DNA of 64,000 bases from Nitrospirales bacterium. GTDB lineage: Bacteria > Nitrospirota > Nitrospiria > Nitrospirales > UBA8639. The DNA is taken from assembly GCA_965203295.1 (NCBI GenBank), contig CBDBCZ010000017.1, positions 896,001-960,000 of the forward strand, in the 5' to 3' direction. A program made the position numbers and the translations under genes. Below are positions 33,732-50,717 of this stretch, piece after piece. Within the stretch, counting starts at the first letter, position 1. Every line of letters starts with the position of its first letter. The notes under the pieces are model-generated. The model was not told the origin of the DNA. It did not search any database and was given only the letters and a program-made list of their open reading frames with translations.

Positions 33732-36573
33732 TCAGTGATGATGCTTTCTTCTACTGTGATATCTCTTGTAAATGGAAGGTGGGAGCATGTAATGCCAGGA
33801 AGAGATACGTTCCAACGGAGATGAGAGCACGTTTGACCAATGGGTTCGTCCAGACTCCTGCACTACATGTCCACCGATGTACACCACACCCACCAGATCA
33901 TTTGCTGTAAATCTATCGTAGTCCATGATGAGAATTTCAAAGCTGATATCTTGAAGCTCCATGTGAGAAATGTTGAACAGAAAGGACTCTTCGTATTCCG
34001 GGTTGAGCGTGTTCCTTTTGATGCTGGTCTTCCACTTGGTTTGCCTTGTTCCCTGTGAACCAGACGGATCTTTACATATGGATCTGTGAATCATGAGTGT
34101 GAACATTGCATATAATATCTAGCTATTTATACTATACCTAAGTCATTCTAACCAATCAGATTTCAGCATTTCGCGTAGATAACGGGTCATATTCTACCGC
34201 GGGAAAAAATATACCCCGATTGCGCGATATTGCCTACGTGAAACGGTACCCGGTTCCGTTCCAGTCGCTCAAACGTTGAGAAAGCTACAGTAGCTGGTGC
34301 CTGGGGGAGCCTAGGCAGATCGTATGGCGGCTATTTTACTCATAAATCGTTGGAAAGTGATATGGAAAAGTACGGTAAGCTACTGTTTTCTAGTTTCGCT
34401 GAGATTCTGTGTTTTTGTGCGTGTGGTAACGCTACCAGCCTACCGTTTTGTGTCAAATGGCACTAGGCTCGGGATGGATGGTTACTTACTATGGCTCCTA
34501 GCTGTCGTTCAGTCTTGCTACAGTTTCTGGGAATGTTTTCCTTGCTGTAGCTTAGCCTTCTACTCCGTCGATTGAGTCTTGATGCTAGTTGGCCCGCTTG
34601 CTCTATCGTGCCGAACGGTGCAGCCTTTCAAGCTTCTAGCTTTTCTTACAGATCTACCAACTCTTGTTAGAATGACTTAGGCATAGTACAAAATAGATAG
34701 ATCACTGCGTAGCGGGTTGTATGACCCGTTATCTACCTTGGGAAAAGTTATCTCCCTTGGAAGCCTCGGAAGTACCTCAGGCTTCGCCCTCGGAACTTCC
34801 TTGGCTTCCGCGGGAGATAACTTTTCCCGCGGTAGATAACGGGTCATACACCCCGCTACGCAGTGATCTATCCTATACATAAGGCCTGGGAATAAGAATC
34901 GGTTCTGAGCCCTACAAATTTATTGTACCCACCCGCTTGTCCCCACGTATCCTGTTTCTCCCAGATCCTTGCTCTGAAGACAGTCCCCTCCAGCCAGTTT
35001 CCATGGGGGTTATACTCCAGAGAGATCAGTAGCTCTCCCCTGGTGCTCTGAAGCAAGGATAAAAATATGCGAAGCTTATGCATGAGTAAGCACTGAAATA
35101 CTTTGTTGCCGGTCTTTTCCCAGGAGTCTTAATTATCCTTATCTCATCCCTCTCCTCCAAACAGGATGAAAAAATAAAAAGAACTGACACTCATGAAGAG
35201 TTGATAACCATTTTATTATACATAGGTTACCGGTATGTGACTACTGCTAATTTCACATCCATTCAGTGATCCGGTACACTACTTTAGCCAGTAGAGGAGG
35301 CTGGAAGCGATCACGTGCACTATAGTGGGATGCAAATAGCTATATGTTGTCAGATGATGTAATGAAAAAGTCTCAGGCAGAGGAAGCAATAAAAGCCTCT
35401 CCAAGCATCCTGCGTAAGTTTTATATTAGCAGTTTTCAGAGTAAAATAGCTAGAATCTCCTTGAAACTAAAAACTACAAAATAAGTACCTACAGATGTAG
35501 ATCTACAGCTATAAGGCATTTTAAAGACACTTACATACTGAGTGATTTGTCTAGTTCCAGCCAACAACCGCAATTGCATGCGTGTTAGTTAGTAGCCATG
35601 CATTCATATGCAAATGAGACTATATTAGTCATACCCTCAGTTCTCTTGCCAATTCGTCAACCCTCATTGTAATGGTGTCACCATTCAACAACTCCTTCCT
35701 GAGTAGCACCCTTACTTCGCCAATGAAATCATTAATTGACATTCTGTCGTAGTCGTATATCTCAAACACAAGCTTTTCGAGGTGAATCTTGGACGGTAAG
35801 TTTGTGAACTTGAAATGCTGGTTGAATCTGGGGTTCAGTGTTCTGCGTATCACTTTTGATTCAAAACATTCGCATGCATTTGATTCAAGTGACAATTTCA
35901 CAAACGGATCGCTAGCTCCCCCAATGTCCTTCACTGGCAAATGTTCCGCTTGTATCAGGTGTACAGTTAAGGTGTTGTCACCAGAATCGTGCTGCAAGGA
36001 GAACTGAAGTATTGGAACCCTAGGGGGCTGGCTTTCATCACCGCTGAAGGCTACTGTATGGACGACTGCGCCACTTGAAAGGGATTCAATAGGGATCTGG
36101 CTAGAGCCTTCTCGATCTCTTGATGCACCATCAGTATCATCATCAACTGGTGATTGTCCATCAGGACTGGAAGTAGGCGCCTCATTTCCCGCCGTCCAAT
36201 ACGGTAGTGTTTGCTGTCTTTTTAGACGTTTGGGTTTAGAGCGTTGGTGTGAGATTTCCGGTTTAGATACTTCAGTAGTCTCGGGCTGCAAGTGGTAAGG
36301 CTTCCTGAAGGAGCTGGGCAGTGAATAAGATTTCGGAATATGTTTGGATCTGGATGGTACTGTAACAGTAGTTGGCTTGGGTTGCAAGTGGTATGACTGA
36401 ACTGGCTCTTTCTGTATTGCCACCAACTCAGGGTCACCAACCACCCAATGTGCAGTTTCTGCAGGCTTGTATTCGATATGCGCATACCGGTCAGTCACAC
36501 TCTTCGCTGGACAGCAGCATTCCCAGCACTTACAGTCACAGCAGCAGATTCTCAGACAGTCACCACAGTTCAT
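33732..36573 (-). pseudogene. Synaptotagmin-like double-C2 gene, copy 1; 1-nt deletion in exon 3 frameshifts C2B
   Basis: Exons 36573-35635, 35047-34933, 34083-33732. Exon 3 is 352 nt versus 353 in copy 2 (CAC AGG GAA versus CAC AAG GGA ACA at ~34054), giving a premature TAG near 33862. A sequencing error or a C2A-only product is also possible. Confidence 0.7.
34127..34878. mobile_element. ~750-bp insertion in Syt copy 1 intron 2 with inverted repeats and a terminal ~175-bp hairpin
   Basis: Absent from the otherwise homologous 97-nt intron of copy 2. Inverted repeat at 34130-34152 / 34666-34688. Palindrome at 34698-34871. Confidence 0.8.
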
Positions 36574-37805
36574 TCTCAGAGCAGTCTGCTATAATTGCTC
36601 TATTGCTGGAGACAAACAATCAACATTTAGCTAATCATATAATATGTATAGTTGTTTGGCTACTTTAGCAAACAACTATTATGGCTAAGTATGTAAGTAG
36701 GAGTGAGGTCTAAAAAGCATACTAGGATTACAATAAAAACATTCCATAGTAGCTACACTTATCAAATTCATCACCGTATGTACAAACAGCTATATCACTC
36801 CAAAAAGTTGTGGTTGGTTCAACTGCTTACAGTTCCTTGCTAGTGACATGGAAATTCAGAAATAGCTCCCCCAAAATTACATTTCTAGTCAGTGAAAACC
36901 TGGATACTAACAGTCAGCAGTTATAGCTACATGTTAATCGTAATATCACCGCAAAATTAATATTATGCAGTTAATTGTACTTTATAGTGGTTAGGTAATA
37001 ATACCTGAAGGTGGCTAAGTACATCTACAGGAGTAGGCCTCGACACATATAGGGCTCCATAGTTACTGTAGCTACACTAATCCAATAATTCAAACAGCTA
37101 TCACTCCACAGACAAGGTGTGGTAGGCTTTGTGGTGGGCTTTGTGGTTACTCTAGTATTTGCTACCTCCTTAAGGTTGCAAGGAATGCAATAACCACTCC
37201 TTTCAGTCTACTCGTGAAAGTTCCAACAAACCTATACACTCTCAGTACTAGCTGCAAATAATATTGCACAAGTGATTTCTTACAAAATGCAATTTTCCAT
37301 GTACAGTAGAATGGCCTTACCTTGCTCAAAGTACCCCTTTTATTTTAGTGGCCTGGCTTGAACTAAAATAGTTACCAAGCACTTATTAAAACACTGCCTA
37401 CTTTGTTGCTGTTTTTTATTGCAGTATCAATAGCTATATAGCTAAATTATCAAGGCTTTACCTCTTTCTTGAGCCGTCCACCAAGGCTGCTAACGCACGT
37501 GCACGCTAGTGAGACTGAGACTATGTACTACTACGCCTATCGACGGGCGCGGGTAGGTATGGGTATGAGACTAGCACAGTTGCATGGTCTCATACCCAGT
37601 TGGTACACACGAATGCGCGCGCGCATGCGCGTACATCACCTACAGATATTGTCTCCACGGTTGTGAATAAAATTTGAGCGAGATTTAAGGCCATTCTACT
37701 GTTTTTGTGAGGTGTATGGGCATAAACATAATCAATGCAGATTATTCAAGGAATTTACAAATAACAGTAAGCTTGCAAAGTGTGTACAATCATAGAAAAG
37801 TATTA

Positions 37806-39762
37806 TCAGTGATGATGCTTTCTTTCACTGTGATATTGCTTGTAAACAGACGTTGGGAGAATGTAATGCCAGGAAGATATACGTTCCAACGGAGATGAGA
37901 GCACGTTTGACCAATGGATTCGTCCAGACTCCTGCACTACATGTCCACCGATGTAGACCACACCCACCAGATCATTTGCTGTAAATCTGTCGTAGTCCAT
38001 GAGGAGAATTTCAAAGCTGATATCCTGAAGCTCCATGTGAGAAATGTCGAACAGGAAGGACTCTTCGTATTCCGGGTTGAGCGTGTTCCTTTTGATGCTG
38101 GTCTTCCACTTGGTTTGCCTTGTTCCCTTGTGAACCAGACGGATCTTTACATATGGATCTGTGAATCATGAGTGTGAGCATCGCATATAATATCTAGCTA
38201 TATAAGGCCTGGGAATAAGGATCAGATCTGAGCCCTACAAATTTATTGTACCCACCTGCTTGTCCCCACGTATCCTGTTTCTCCCAGATCCTTGCTCTGA
38301 AGACAGTCCCCTCCAGCCAGTTTCCATGGGGGTTATACTCCAGAGAGATCAGCAGTTCTCCCCTGGTACTCTGTGGCAAGGATGGAAAGATTCACATGAT
38401 GAGTTTGATAACCATTTTCATTAAGTATTTTTTACAGGTATATGACATGTAGTTTTAAATTCATATTCCTTCCACTCATAGTACACTACTTCAGTTACCA
38501 TGAACTAGATTACAGAGATCGTTAGACAAAGTAATTGAAATTGAAAGTAAAGTGTGAATGCAATAAGCACCTTCTGGTATATGCTAGATTAATCTGCAAG
38601 GAAACTATAATCATACCCTCAGTTCTCTTGCCAATTCGTCAACCCTCATTGTAATAGTGTCACCATTCAACAACTCCTTCCTGAGTAGCACCCTTACTTC
38701 GCCTATGAAATCATTAAGAGACATTCTGTCGTAGTCGTATATCTCAAACACAAGCTTTTCGAGGTGAATCTTCGACGGCAAGTTTGTAAACTTGAAATGC
38801 TGGTTGAATCTGGGGTTCAGTGTTCCTCGTATCACTTTTGATTCGAAACATTCGCATGCATTTGACTCGAATGACAATTTCACAAATGGATCGCTAGCTC
38901 TCCCAATGTCATTCTCAGGCAGATGTTCTGCTTGTATCAGGTGTACAGTTAAGCTGTTATCTTCAGAATTGTGCTGTAAGGAGAACTGAAGTATTGGAAC
39001 CCTAGGGGGCTGGTTTTCATCACCGCTGAGGACTGCTGTATGGGTGACTGCATCACTTGTTGGGAATCCAGTAGGGATCTGGCTAGAGCCTTCTCGGTCT
39101 GTTGGAAACGATTTTTCTTGATCCGCTCTCATTTCCAACACACCATCGATATCATCAGCTGGTGAAGAAGTCGCTGGTCTTTCAGGGCTGACAACTGGTG
39201 TCTCATTGACTGCCATAAAGTATGATTGCTTTCTTGTGATACCTCCAGTAACAGCAGGTATATCGTGTCTGGTTGTTGAATCAGATATTTGCTCAGACTG
39301 TGCGACGTGAGGCATTGTAGTGTAGCTTTCTAGTGTTTTGGAGCGTTTGTGAGAAAACTCAAATTTAGGTACTGCAGATGACGGCTCAGCTTCCATGGAG
39401 TAACTTTTCGTGGTAAAGCTTGTTGATGTTTTAGAACGTTGGTATGAGATTTCGGGTTTGGATACTTCCGTTATCTCCTCAAGCTGCAGGAGGTAAGACT
39501 GCTCTTCAGTAGTGACAGAGCTGGGCAATGACTGAGGTTTGGATCTGGATACTACAGTAGTCGGCTTGGGTTGCAAGTGGTATGACTGAACTGGCTCTTT
39601 CTGTATCGCTACCAACTCAGGGTCACCAGCAGTCCGATGTGCAGTTTCTGCAGGCTTGTATTCGATATGCGCATACCGGTCAGTCACGCTCTTCGCTGGG
39701 CAACAGCATTCCCAGCACTTACAGTCACAGCAGCAGATTCTCAGACAGTCACCACAATTCAT
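37806..39762 (-). CDS. Synaptotagmin-like double-C2 protein, copy 2 (537 aa); N-terminal Cys cluster, no TM
   Basis: Exons 39762-38617, 38370-38256, 38158-37806. N-terminus MNCGDCLRICCCDCKCWECCCP. C2A LPENDIGRASDPFV..YDYDRMSLNDFIGE. C2B RGELLISLEY..KQDTWGQADPYVK..KRNTLNP..MDYDRFTANDLVG..HW. Confidence 0.9.
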
Positions 39763-42431
39763 TCTCAGAGCAGTCTGCTGTAATTGCTCTATTGCTGGAG
39801 ACAAATAATCAACAGTTAGCTACACAAAAGTGGCTAAGTATGTAAGTAGGAGTTAGGTCTCAAAGCATAGGATTACAATATAACATTCCACCGTAGCTAC
39901 AGTCTTATCAAATTTACTACCATATGTACAAACAGCTATATCACTCCAAAAAGTTCTGGAACTGCTTTATAGATTTTGCTTCCATGCTATATAGTGACAT
40001 GGAATTTACGAACCCCCCCCCCCCCCAAATTCCACTTCTACTCAGTGAAAACTCTATCCACTCAGTATCAACTTTAAATGTTACACTGTTTGCTGCTGCC
40101 TATATGAAGTTTGACAGTACAGAAACCTCCAAACAATTTTTTGCAAAGGATATACATGTAACTATAGTGCTAGTGTGCTTCTTACCTTGCCTCAGTTCTT
40201 TCTATAGCAACAATAAAGAAAGGTAGTTATTCCACAACAGGCTTCTATTAGTGTGCTCAAATTTCTAAAGCCGGTTGGCTACTGACTCAATCAGACTATA
40301 CATACAATAGTGACAGACTATGTAGGTGTTGGAGAATACGCCCTATATCACTGTACTATATAGTCTGGTCTGATCAAATTACCTATACAGTGTACATACA
40401 GATAGCCAGTTTACTATGCTCCACTCACTCCTATTACAGAATAGTGATAATTTAAATGTATAGGTGTGATGGTATGCCCACACAACTACACTACACTGTA
40501 CAGCTATCCAGAGACTACATGTATGCTCCAATACAGAGTACTGTAGTATGACGGCACAACTATTACTGTACAGATCAAATTACCTATATAGACTGTACTA
40601 TACTCCACTCACTCACTTAGACTATACAGAATAGTGACTAACTAGGCGTGGTGGTATGCCCACGTATATACTCTGTGTGAATAGAATCTTAATTACCTCT
40701 ATAAGGCTTTACACAAGTATACACATGAGTAACCTAGATCATATACACTGTTGATAGAATCCAATTACCTCCATAAGGCTTTACAGATGAGTAACCTATG
40801 AATTCCTACATAGCCAATTGGAGAAATAACAAGGCATACTAGTGGGTTCGCTGGGTACACAACTGTAAGGTTATTACATTTTACAAATAAACTACTGCTC
40901 AATGGTTGTGCAGCATGCAAGACAACTGTAGCCCAACCAGTGGCGTGCAATTTTTGTAAAGGCAATATACTGACAGCCTCTCCCACATTGCAACATTTTG
41001 TGAATACAAAATACGTATGTGAGCTTCTTGTGATCTCTGTGTAGGAGTAGCCTCTTAATGCATTTAGCGTTCCGAAAGGCAAGAAGTTGCCTTTTAGAAT
41101 TCTGGTAGTTAAGAACTTAATAAGGTCAACTAGGCATACACAAAAGGCATTTATATTAAATTTAGCCTTACTTTATCCATGATATACATGAAACTCTTTA
41201 TTCAGCTAAGACCTATATTTTAACCCATTGTTGGTATGTCGGCAAAGCATAATAGAGAGATGCACAAAAGCAGATAAAATTTATCAAAGATGGAAAGACA
41301 CCAAAAGCAGCTAACTACCTCACTTTAAAAATGACCGTTCTGATGGTAATCAGGTTTGGACACAAGTCTTAGACTAATCTATAGCTCCAGACATGAGGTA
41401 AAATAATTTCATTTCCCTGACAGATATTTCTGTAATGGCCAGGGTGTATACAAATAAAGTTGGCAATTTGCTATATGGGGAAGTTTCCAGAATTTTATGA
41501 AGGAGCCTGGGAATGATGATAAGTGGGAATAAACTAATATACAAACGTTAAACTAGTAGTTTCAAAGGGTATGAGTACATTTCCATCCAATCTACCAAGC
41601 CATCTTATCACTTTGAGTAATACCTGTACAAGTACTGCCTAAGTGCAAAGTTGACAAACATGTACCTCTATAATTATAGTCTTCATGATATCAGACATCC
41701 CACTTGTATATAAATATCTTAATTGTAGAGCATGAAATGCATTTTGTGGGAAAAGTTCACTCAAAGAAGCCCACGGCAACATGCATCAGTGACTTAACAC
41801 TTCTATAGAAACACAAGAATGTAGCTGAAGAAGTATTACTATGTGACTACACTGTTGGTATTGCAAGTTATATAAGTAGGTCATACGTACGTAGATAGGT
41901 GCACTATATTATAGGTGTTTAAGCTATGAGCTGAACCTCAAGAGGAGACAATAACATACCATCTCTACTTTGCGAAAGCTCTCACTATATATTGTAGTCT
42001 ATAGCTACTAGTCTGTGTCCCCTGTATATATGTACCCTTGGCATGTAGTGAGCACAGAGGTTCTGCTGGTTGTACTTGATGTTCAGAAAGGATATAATGT
42101 TTTCTGTACCTCCCAAGTGTTGAGTAAATTACACTCGAATTACAATCTGAAACCACAATCCAGCTCATGTTTTAACATTTCACTGAGACTTGAATTCCTA
42201 CTGAATTGACAAAATACACATACAGAAAGTATATAATGTACAGAGGGTAGAAACAGTTTAATGTACAATTATAGCACTAATAAATATGACACAAGCTCTT
42301 TACTTAAAATATGCATAATGAAGAATGTTTTACATGAACAACTGTGCAGGAATGAGCATTGAACTACTACATTACCTGACTTAAACAAGAACTATAATAT
42401 TCACAGACATAAATGAAAAAGTATGGCAGAT

Positions 42432-44961
<2,530 letters not shown>

Positions 44962-45171
44962 TCTCAGTCTGCAGAGATTAACAGTCATAGTTAACTAGCT
45001 AGCTCACTGTACTCACTGTTGAAAGCTTTGACTAGCTACTTAGTGCTTACATGGTGGCTAAGATTGCTTTTAGGCTTCAAAGTTTAGGACCACTACCATG
45101 CAAACAGTTATAAATAAATTCGTAACAAATGGTGCAATGGGAGAAGAACGTGCATGCATGATTGTATATAT

Positions 45172-45607
45172 CACTGTAAAAAAGAAATTGTCATATTAAT
45201 TGAGTTGTTTGAGTTTCAAATGAGTGAAGCTAGAGCCAAGTTGGTATGTGTCGCAAGGGAGTTCATCAAGAATGTGAAAAATACATTATCAATAACTTAA
45301 TTCATTAATTAACTAACGATGCATCGCTAATGTGTTTCTACATTCTTATTCAATAATGCGAACAAGTTAATATTTCCGATGCAGAAGAGTCACTAATGTG
45401 CTTTTCACATTCTTGGGGCACTCCCTGACCAAGAATGTGGGCAGTGATGCATTAATCTGTTCATCGCTAATGCGTTTTCCATACAATTAACTCTCTTTAA
45501 GAGACACACAACAACTCGCAATTGGCTCTCGGCTGTGTTCACCCATTTTAAAACTTAGACAGCAGCCCACTGGTCAATATAATGATGACAATTCCCTTTT
45601 TACTGTG
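45172..45607. mobile_element. CACTG-ended MITE (CMC/EnSpm-like termini)
   Basis: CACTGTAAAAAAGAAATTGTCAT ... ATGACAATTCCCTTTTTACTGTG. A related end lies at ~24316. Confidence 0.55.
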
Positions 45608-46886
45608 TATGCTTAGTGAAAGTTAGCGTATCCACTCAGTATAGTAACAGCTGCAAATTATTATTTGTTACTGCATGTATTTTTGCAAAACAATTTGCGA
45701 CCTGACTTTAAACATTTTGCAACAGTGTGGAACAATCACCAAGCAGTTAAAAACAACAGAGCACTTTATTTTTATAGTGGTTACTATTATAGCTATCTCT
45801 ATTGTAGCTAATACTTTTCATCTTACCTATTTCTTGAGCCCTGTAGAAATGATCAAGAAGGGTAGCTATTCCACAACAGCGTTCAATTAGCACATAAATA
45901 CTATATTCATGCAGTCTGATCCAATTACCTACACTGTAGCTACAGCCAGCTAGACATCGATCTGTGTATACTCTACTCACTCTAACTCAACACAATAGTG
46001 ACAAACTAAGTGTGCATGGCAGCATGCCAATTACCCACATGTTTATTCCTGTACGTAGTGATGTGGAATCTAATTACCTCTACAGTGGTTTTACACATGA
46101 GTAGCCTACCATCAGTGCTAGTGGTATGTTGTTGTGTACTACTTTAGTCCCAGGCTCACCCACAACATACTCAGGATATATATAGGAGTGCAACTCTTCC
46201 TCTCTGTATACCTTTAGGGGATTTCTAGGGGACAAAGCTGCACTCTATAATAGCTATGTATATACTAGTAAATGCAGTGCATTGTGGGGGCGGAGCAGTC
46301 GTCACATGACTGTAGGTCTTTGCATGGACATCGTTGAAATAGGCCTGGCAGTGCATTTGCGGTATATAAGACCATGCACCCGTACATACGTACGCACCGA
46401 CAGAATTGCAACCAGAACCACTAAGGGGGGGGGGGCTCCACCCCAAGCCCCAACTAGTCCAGCTGCCCCGGGCATGTGCACTGTGCATGGCCACCCTTAT
46501 GTTGGTTTGACAATGTGTGCACAGAGGTTCCATTGGCTGTATATATGATAATCAGAATTTATTCCATTTGGCTGTGTTTACAATGTTTTTTGATTTGTGA
46601 AGCCTCTAGAAATACAATTCCAGTCCTAACTTTATAAAAATACCTCCCTCATAAAAGTATCTCCAACGTACACACATGCATTGCGGATCAAAGTCGCAGT
46701 GTTATGAGTTTTGGTCAATATCAATGCTTTAAACTTGAATGCATGCACACTGAATAATAGTCTCCATAAAGCATATATATATATAAATTAAAATATAGAG
46801 AGGACAGAAAAGTAAATGCTGACATTATAACATATGAAAAGTGTTACAACTCACACTATATATGAACTAATACATCAACAGTATTT

Positions 46887-49800
46887 TTAATTCTTACTCT
46901 GATCGCGCTTCAGTGTACCTGCCTGGAACCCAGGTTGAGGTGCACGAATGGAATGCCAGCGACACACTCGATGCCTCGGTGAACCCATTATCTCTTCCCA
47001 GTGACTTCTTCCCGAATCGTGGGGGGACTTCCCACCAATGATTATCACTCCTACAAGTTCGTTTGTCTTGAACCGGTCATAGTCCATGACTAGGATTTCC
47101 AGGCTAATACCTGACGGATTCATCCTTGCCACATCAAATACAAAGGCTTCATTGAACACAGGGGAAAGGGTGTTCTTCTTCACGGATGTTTTCCATTTTG
47201 TGATTCTCTTACCGTCATGTACCAGGTAGATTTTGACATAGGGATCTGTGAATACGGCAGGAAACAGTGAAGCATTAATATTCAACTATAGGTATTCAGT
47301 ACATAACACTCACAATTATAGTGTACTGTAACATATATACAAAGTATGGCGAATTTAGGTATTCATACTGTATGTGAATATACAGTGTACATATGTCATG
47401 GATCAGGTTTGTTCAATCATGCAAAAATCTATAATTGCATATTACTGAAATGTCGCAGAACTGAACTCTTTCAGTATATACAGTGTATCGTATATTTGTA
47501 CCAACACAACAGACTATTTATATTGTTTGGCAGAACAATGGTCATTCCAGGCACGAATTTGAATCTAGTACTGCAACAATACATGTATATTAGGCGATCC
47601 TTGTTCAGTGACGAGACATGCGACAGCTGTAACACATGCAGCACTAGTATGTGTATACATGTGTAAATGCACCATCCCGCACCATCCCACACCACGGCAG
47701 CACTCCGTTACACATGCAGCACTAGTATGTGTATACATTTGTAAAAGACACTGCACACCATCCCACACCACGGCAGCACTCCGTTACACATGCAGCACTA
47801 GTATGTGTATACATTTGTAAAAGACACTGCACACCATCCCACACCACGGCAGCACTCCGTTACACATGCAGCACTAGTATGTGTATACATGTGTAAAAGA
47901 CACTGCGCACCATCCCACACCACGGCAGCACTCCGTTACACATGCAGCACTAGTATGTGTATACATTTGTAAAAGACACTGCACACCATCCCACACCACG
48001 GCAGCACTCCGTTACACATGCAGCACTAGTATGTGTATACATGTGTAAAAGACACTGCGCACCATCCCACACCACGGCAGCACTCCGTTACACATGCAGC
48101 ACTAGTATGTGTATACATTTGTAAAAGACACTGCACACCATCCCACACCACGGCAGCACTCCGTTACACATGCAGCACTAGTATGTGTATACATTTGTAA
48201 AAGACACTGCACACCATCCCACACCACGGCAGCACTCCGTTACACATGCAGCACTAGTATGTGTATACATTTGTAAAAGACACTGCACACCATCCCACAC
48301 CACGGCAGCACTCCGTTACACATGCAGCACTAGTATGTGTATACATTTGTAAAAGACACTGCACACCATCCCACACCACGGCAGCACTCCGTTACACATG
48401 CAGCACTAGTATGTGTATACATGCGTAAAAGACACTGCGCACCATCCCACACCACGGCAGCACTCCGTTACACATGCAGCACTAGTATGTGTATACATGC
48501 GTAAAAGACACTGCACACCATCCCACACCACGGCAGCACTCCGTTACACATGCAGCACTAGTATATATGTGTATACATGTGTAAAAGACACTGCGCACCA
48601 TCCCACACCACGGCAGCACTCCGTGTAGCAATTTAGCATGAATCATAAATATTATCATAAATAACATGCCGGTATTTATGGTCATATATTCCAGGTGCAT
48701 ACAAGTAGACACAACAAGTGTACATACTAGTACATATGCATTGTCAGCTGAGAATGGTCAGTTAGGTCCGTTACACATGGCAACCATCACACACGCCAGA
48801 ATGCATGAAGACATAAAACTTGCAGCATGGATAAAATAGACTATTTTGCCTACTCTTCACTAATTAAATGTTGATCCCCTAGAATGTACTAATGTACATG
48901 TACTTAGATCAATTTATATTGCATTACGTAGCATATTATGTTCCATAAAGAATGTATTGAGGGGGGGGGGGGGGGGGTTACCCCCACACAAAATTCATTC
49001 TTGACATGGTCCATTAACTTCTGTACCCAACTCGCTATTGCGATTAAATTTGAGATGTCATTAAATTACATCACACAGATTTAGTCACAGTAATGTTGAA
49101 TAATTAATGAACAGGAAGTGACATCAGCAGAATATTAACTCAGTGTTAATGATTACATAAATGATCCTATACGAGAACTAAATTTTCATTTCATCCCATG
49201 CGTAGCGGTTTAATCTTACATTTTCAGGCACATTGATCACCAGTACTACAGCTTACTTACCTGCTAGTCCCACTCTGCCAAGTTTTTGCAGCCCTGTTGC
49301 TTTGAGAACGACCCCTTGCAATTGGCAGGCAGGGGGCTGGTATGATAGAGAAACCAGGACCTCACCCTTTCCACTCTAAAAAGGAAAAGACAATATCATG
49401 GTAAAAAATCGTGGAATGATTATATGTGTAGGTACACATACAGTTACATCTGTGTACATGTTTTGGACTAGCATGCCATCACAGTTCGTGGCAAGTATTG
49501 TGCTTGACAACGACTTATTTGTCTACAGTTACAGCACATTTATGGTAATCAGTATTGATTTTCACTTGTCAATGATTGAGACCTAATAATCACAAGAATG
49601 CGCAAACAGCAGCCAAATACATGCCATTGTACTGTTAGTACATTAGAGATAGTAGACGTAGTTACAATAGCAGTCTTAAATGTCATTTTCCCTCCCTTTT
49701 CCCCCTCGGGCTGCATGCAAAACTTTAAGGACTTCGCATGTAGGGTCTAGAGAATTTTGGCCTCTTTGACCCTAGCTGCCAATGCTGGTGAACTGCTTAT

Positions 49801-50717
49801 GTAGCAACATGCATACATGCAAACACGTGCAAACACATGCATACAATGGAAATGTGGTATTCCCATGGATAGCCATCCACACAGTAAAGAGTTCATACCC
49901 TTGCTTCATGTGCTTTGCCATCAATTGGAACGATCATCGTAGCACCATAGAGGTCGGCATCTTTCATTGGCAGCATCGAAGCTCCAATGAAGTCTTTTTT
50001 GGTGTCTTTATCATGATCGAAAACTTTGAACACTATGGTCTGGCGTTGAATATCATCCGCACGAACTTTCTTGAATTCAAACTGCTCATTAAAGCTGGGA
50101 TTTGACGTCCTGTAGACTATCTTGGATTGAAAAAGTTCCTCCCTGCTTGGATCAAGGTACATCACCACAAAAGGGTTGTTCGTTCCCCTCTGCTCGTTTA
50201 CTGGGATGTCATAGGCTTTGAACAAGGTGAGAGTGAGGGTACAACGCTGAAGGTCATAGTAGAGGGATACACTTAGTCTTGGCTCCTCTTTGGTTTCCTT
50301 ATCCGATCCTGATACAGGTGATGCCTCGATGTCCTGAGCATCCGGTATCAAACTACCACGATCCCTGTCAATATCCCGTATTCTACACTCATAATCCATT
50401 CCAAAAAGATCAGGTTTGAAATGCCTGACAGTAGGAGAAGAATCTTCCGTGCTCTGGCTTATTCTTCGTTGTTGTGTGTGGCCAGTCTGCTGAACCACCG
50501 GCTGCTGTGTTACGACTTCATCAATGCGGAAGTCAGGGTTGGCACAATATTCCATCTGAGGAAGCTGGAAAATTTTCTTCATGGGCACCTGGTGAAACTC
50601 GGGCATTTCAGCCACGACTCGTTGAGTATTGAGCTGGTGGTATTCAACGTCGGGGTACTGCTTTGCTGCATCTTTATCGGAGAAACAACTGCAGCAGCAC
50701 TTTGGGCAATAGTTCAT
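46887..50717 (-). CDS. Synaptotagmin-like double-C2 protein, copy 4 (430 aa)
   Basis: Exons 50717-49899, 49375-49261 (SGKGEVLVSLSYQP..KATGLQKLGRVGLA), 47245-46887 (DPYVKIYL..KKNTLSPVFNE). N-terminus MNYCPKCCCSCF. Confidence 0.9.
47631..48624. repeat. 76-bp minisatellite, ~13 near-identical copies, in Syt copy 4 intron 2
   Basis: Unit GTTACACATGCAGCACTAGTATGTGTATACAT(T/G)TGTAAAAGACACTGC(A/G)CACCATCCCACACCACGGCAGCACTCC. Confidence 0.95.

Noticed and set aside
47631..48624. 76-bp array as a tRNA array or CRISPR
   Set aside because: No cloverleaf, no A/B boxes and no spacers; an intronic minisatellite.
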